Positions 55,705 to 56,111 of a stretch of DNA of 56,111 nucleotides are shown in pieces. Positions within the stretch are counted from its first letter, which is position 1, and every line of letters starts with the position of its first letter. This DNA comes from a virus (Duplodnaviria > Caudoviricetes), in IMG/VR virus record IMGVR_UViG_3300025771_000033, positions 1-56,111 of that record. The stretch is one strand, 5' to 3'. The notes below the pieces were generated by a model that saw nothing but the letters and a program-made list of their open reading frames with translations, did not search any database and had not been told where the DNA came from. Made by a program: the position numbers and the translations under genes.

Positions 55705-55944
55705 TTTTCGGAATCATTTTTCATGGATGAACGGCAGAAATATCCATTTTCAGAGCCAGTTATCGTTTTTCATGAGCAGTGAAAGTTTGATTAAGCTATT
55801 CGACGGGTTTGGGTTCGATTCCCTTATGCCTTTACGGAGGTAGCCCGGATGCTACATTGGATGCATACGATGCAGTATCACGAAGCGGGACATGGCAAAG
55901 TCGGATAGCTTAATTAAATTTTCGCAACTTAATCGGAGATTAAA

Positions 55945-56028
55945 ATGTTTGAGCCTCTTGTCGGTGCTATGGTTGGTGCCTTTGGCTATGTCATAGTATG
56001 GGCTATGTTTTATCTTTTATCCAAATAA
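55945..56028 (+). CDS. 27-aa single-TM peptide
   Basis: GGAG RBS; MFEPLVGAMVGAFGYVIVWAMFYLLSK*. Confidence 0.5.
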   Translation: MFEPLVGAMVGAFGYVIVWAMFYLLSK

Positions 56029-56040
56029 CCGGAGGTTATT

Positions 56041-56111
56041 ATGGCGACGATCCAAGTTTTCCAAAGTAGTAGTGGCTATACCACTATTGCGTTGGTTTGC
56101 CCTAAGAGTGG
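56041..56111 (+). CDS. hypothetical protein, runs off window end
   Basis: GGAGG RBS; MATIQVFQ... Confidence 0.55.
   Translation, partial: MATIQVFQSSSGYTTIALVCPKS

Noticed and set aside
55811-55823. GGGTTCGATTCCC, resembling a tRNA/tmRNA T-arm
   Set aside because: Only a 3-bp stem; I could not build an acceptor stem, D-arm, anticodon arm or CCA end.
54949-55920. CtrA boxes (TTAA-N7-TTAA) given the many TTAA words
   Set aside because: The pairs I checked had spacings of 0, 4 or 11 rather than 7; this was not an exhaustive scan.

Overview
The window looks like a near-complete ~56 kb genome of a lytic, podovirus-like dsDNA phage; a marine alphaproteobacterial host is inferred, not proven. It has two convergent arms. 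The + arm (about 55.4 kb to the end, then 1-20.55 kb) carries small early genes, a DenV-like glycosylase, SleB-type hydrolase, ThyX, T7-like primase-helicase, compact family A DNA polymerase, SSB, nucleases, class II RNR, Hsp20, a glycosyltransferase/methyltransferase/Maf-like cluster, holin and TerS. The - arm (54.9 kb to 20.67 kb) carries TerL, a cupin/HlyC-acyltransferase/acidic-protein insert, portal, GroES, scaffold, capsid, small basic proteins, tail and fibre genes, internal virion proteins and an M15 endolysin. I recognised no RNA polymerase, integrase, tRNA or CRISPR array. The most striking unexplained signal is a family of five dispersed ~52-nt intergenic hairpins with near-identical geometry but divergent, covarying sequence. 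Also notable are a ROSE-like thermometer before hsp20, variant and leaderless late promoters, the HlyC module and the glycosylation cluster. All product calls come from motif recognition by eye, not database searches.
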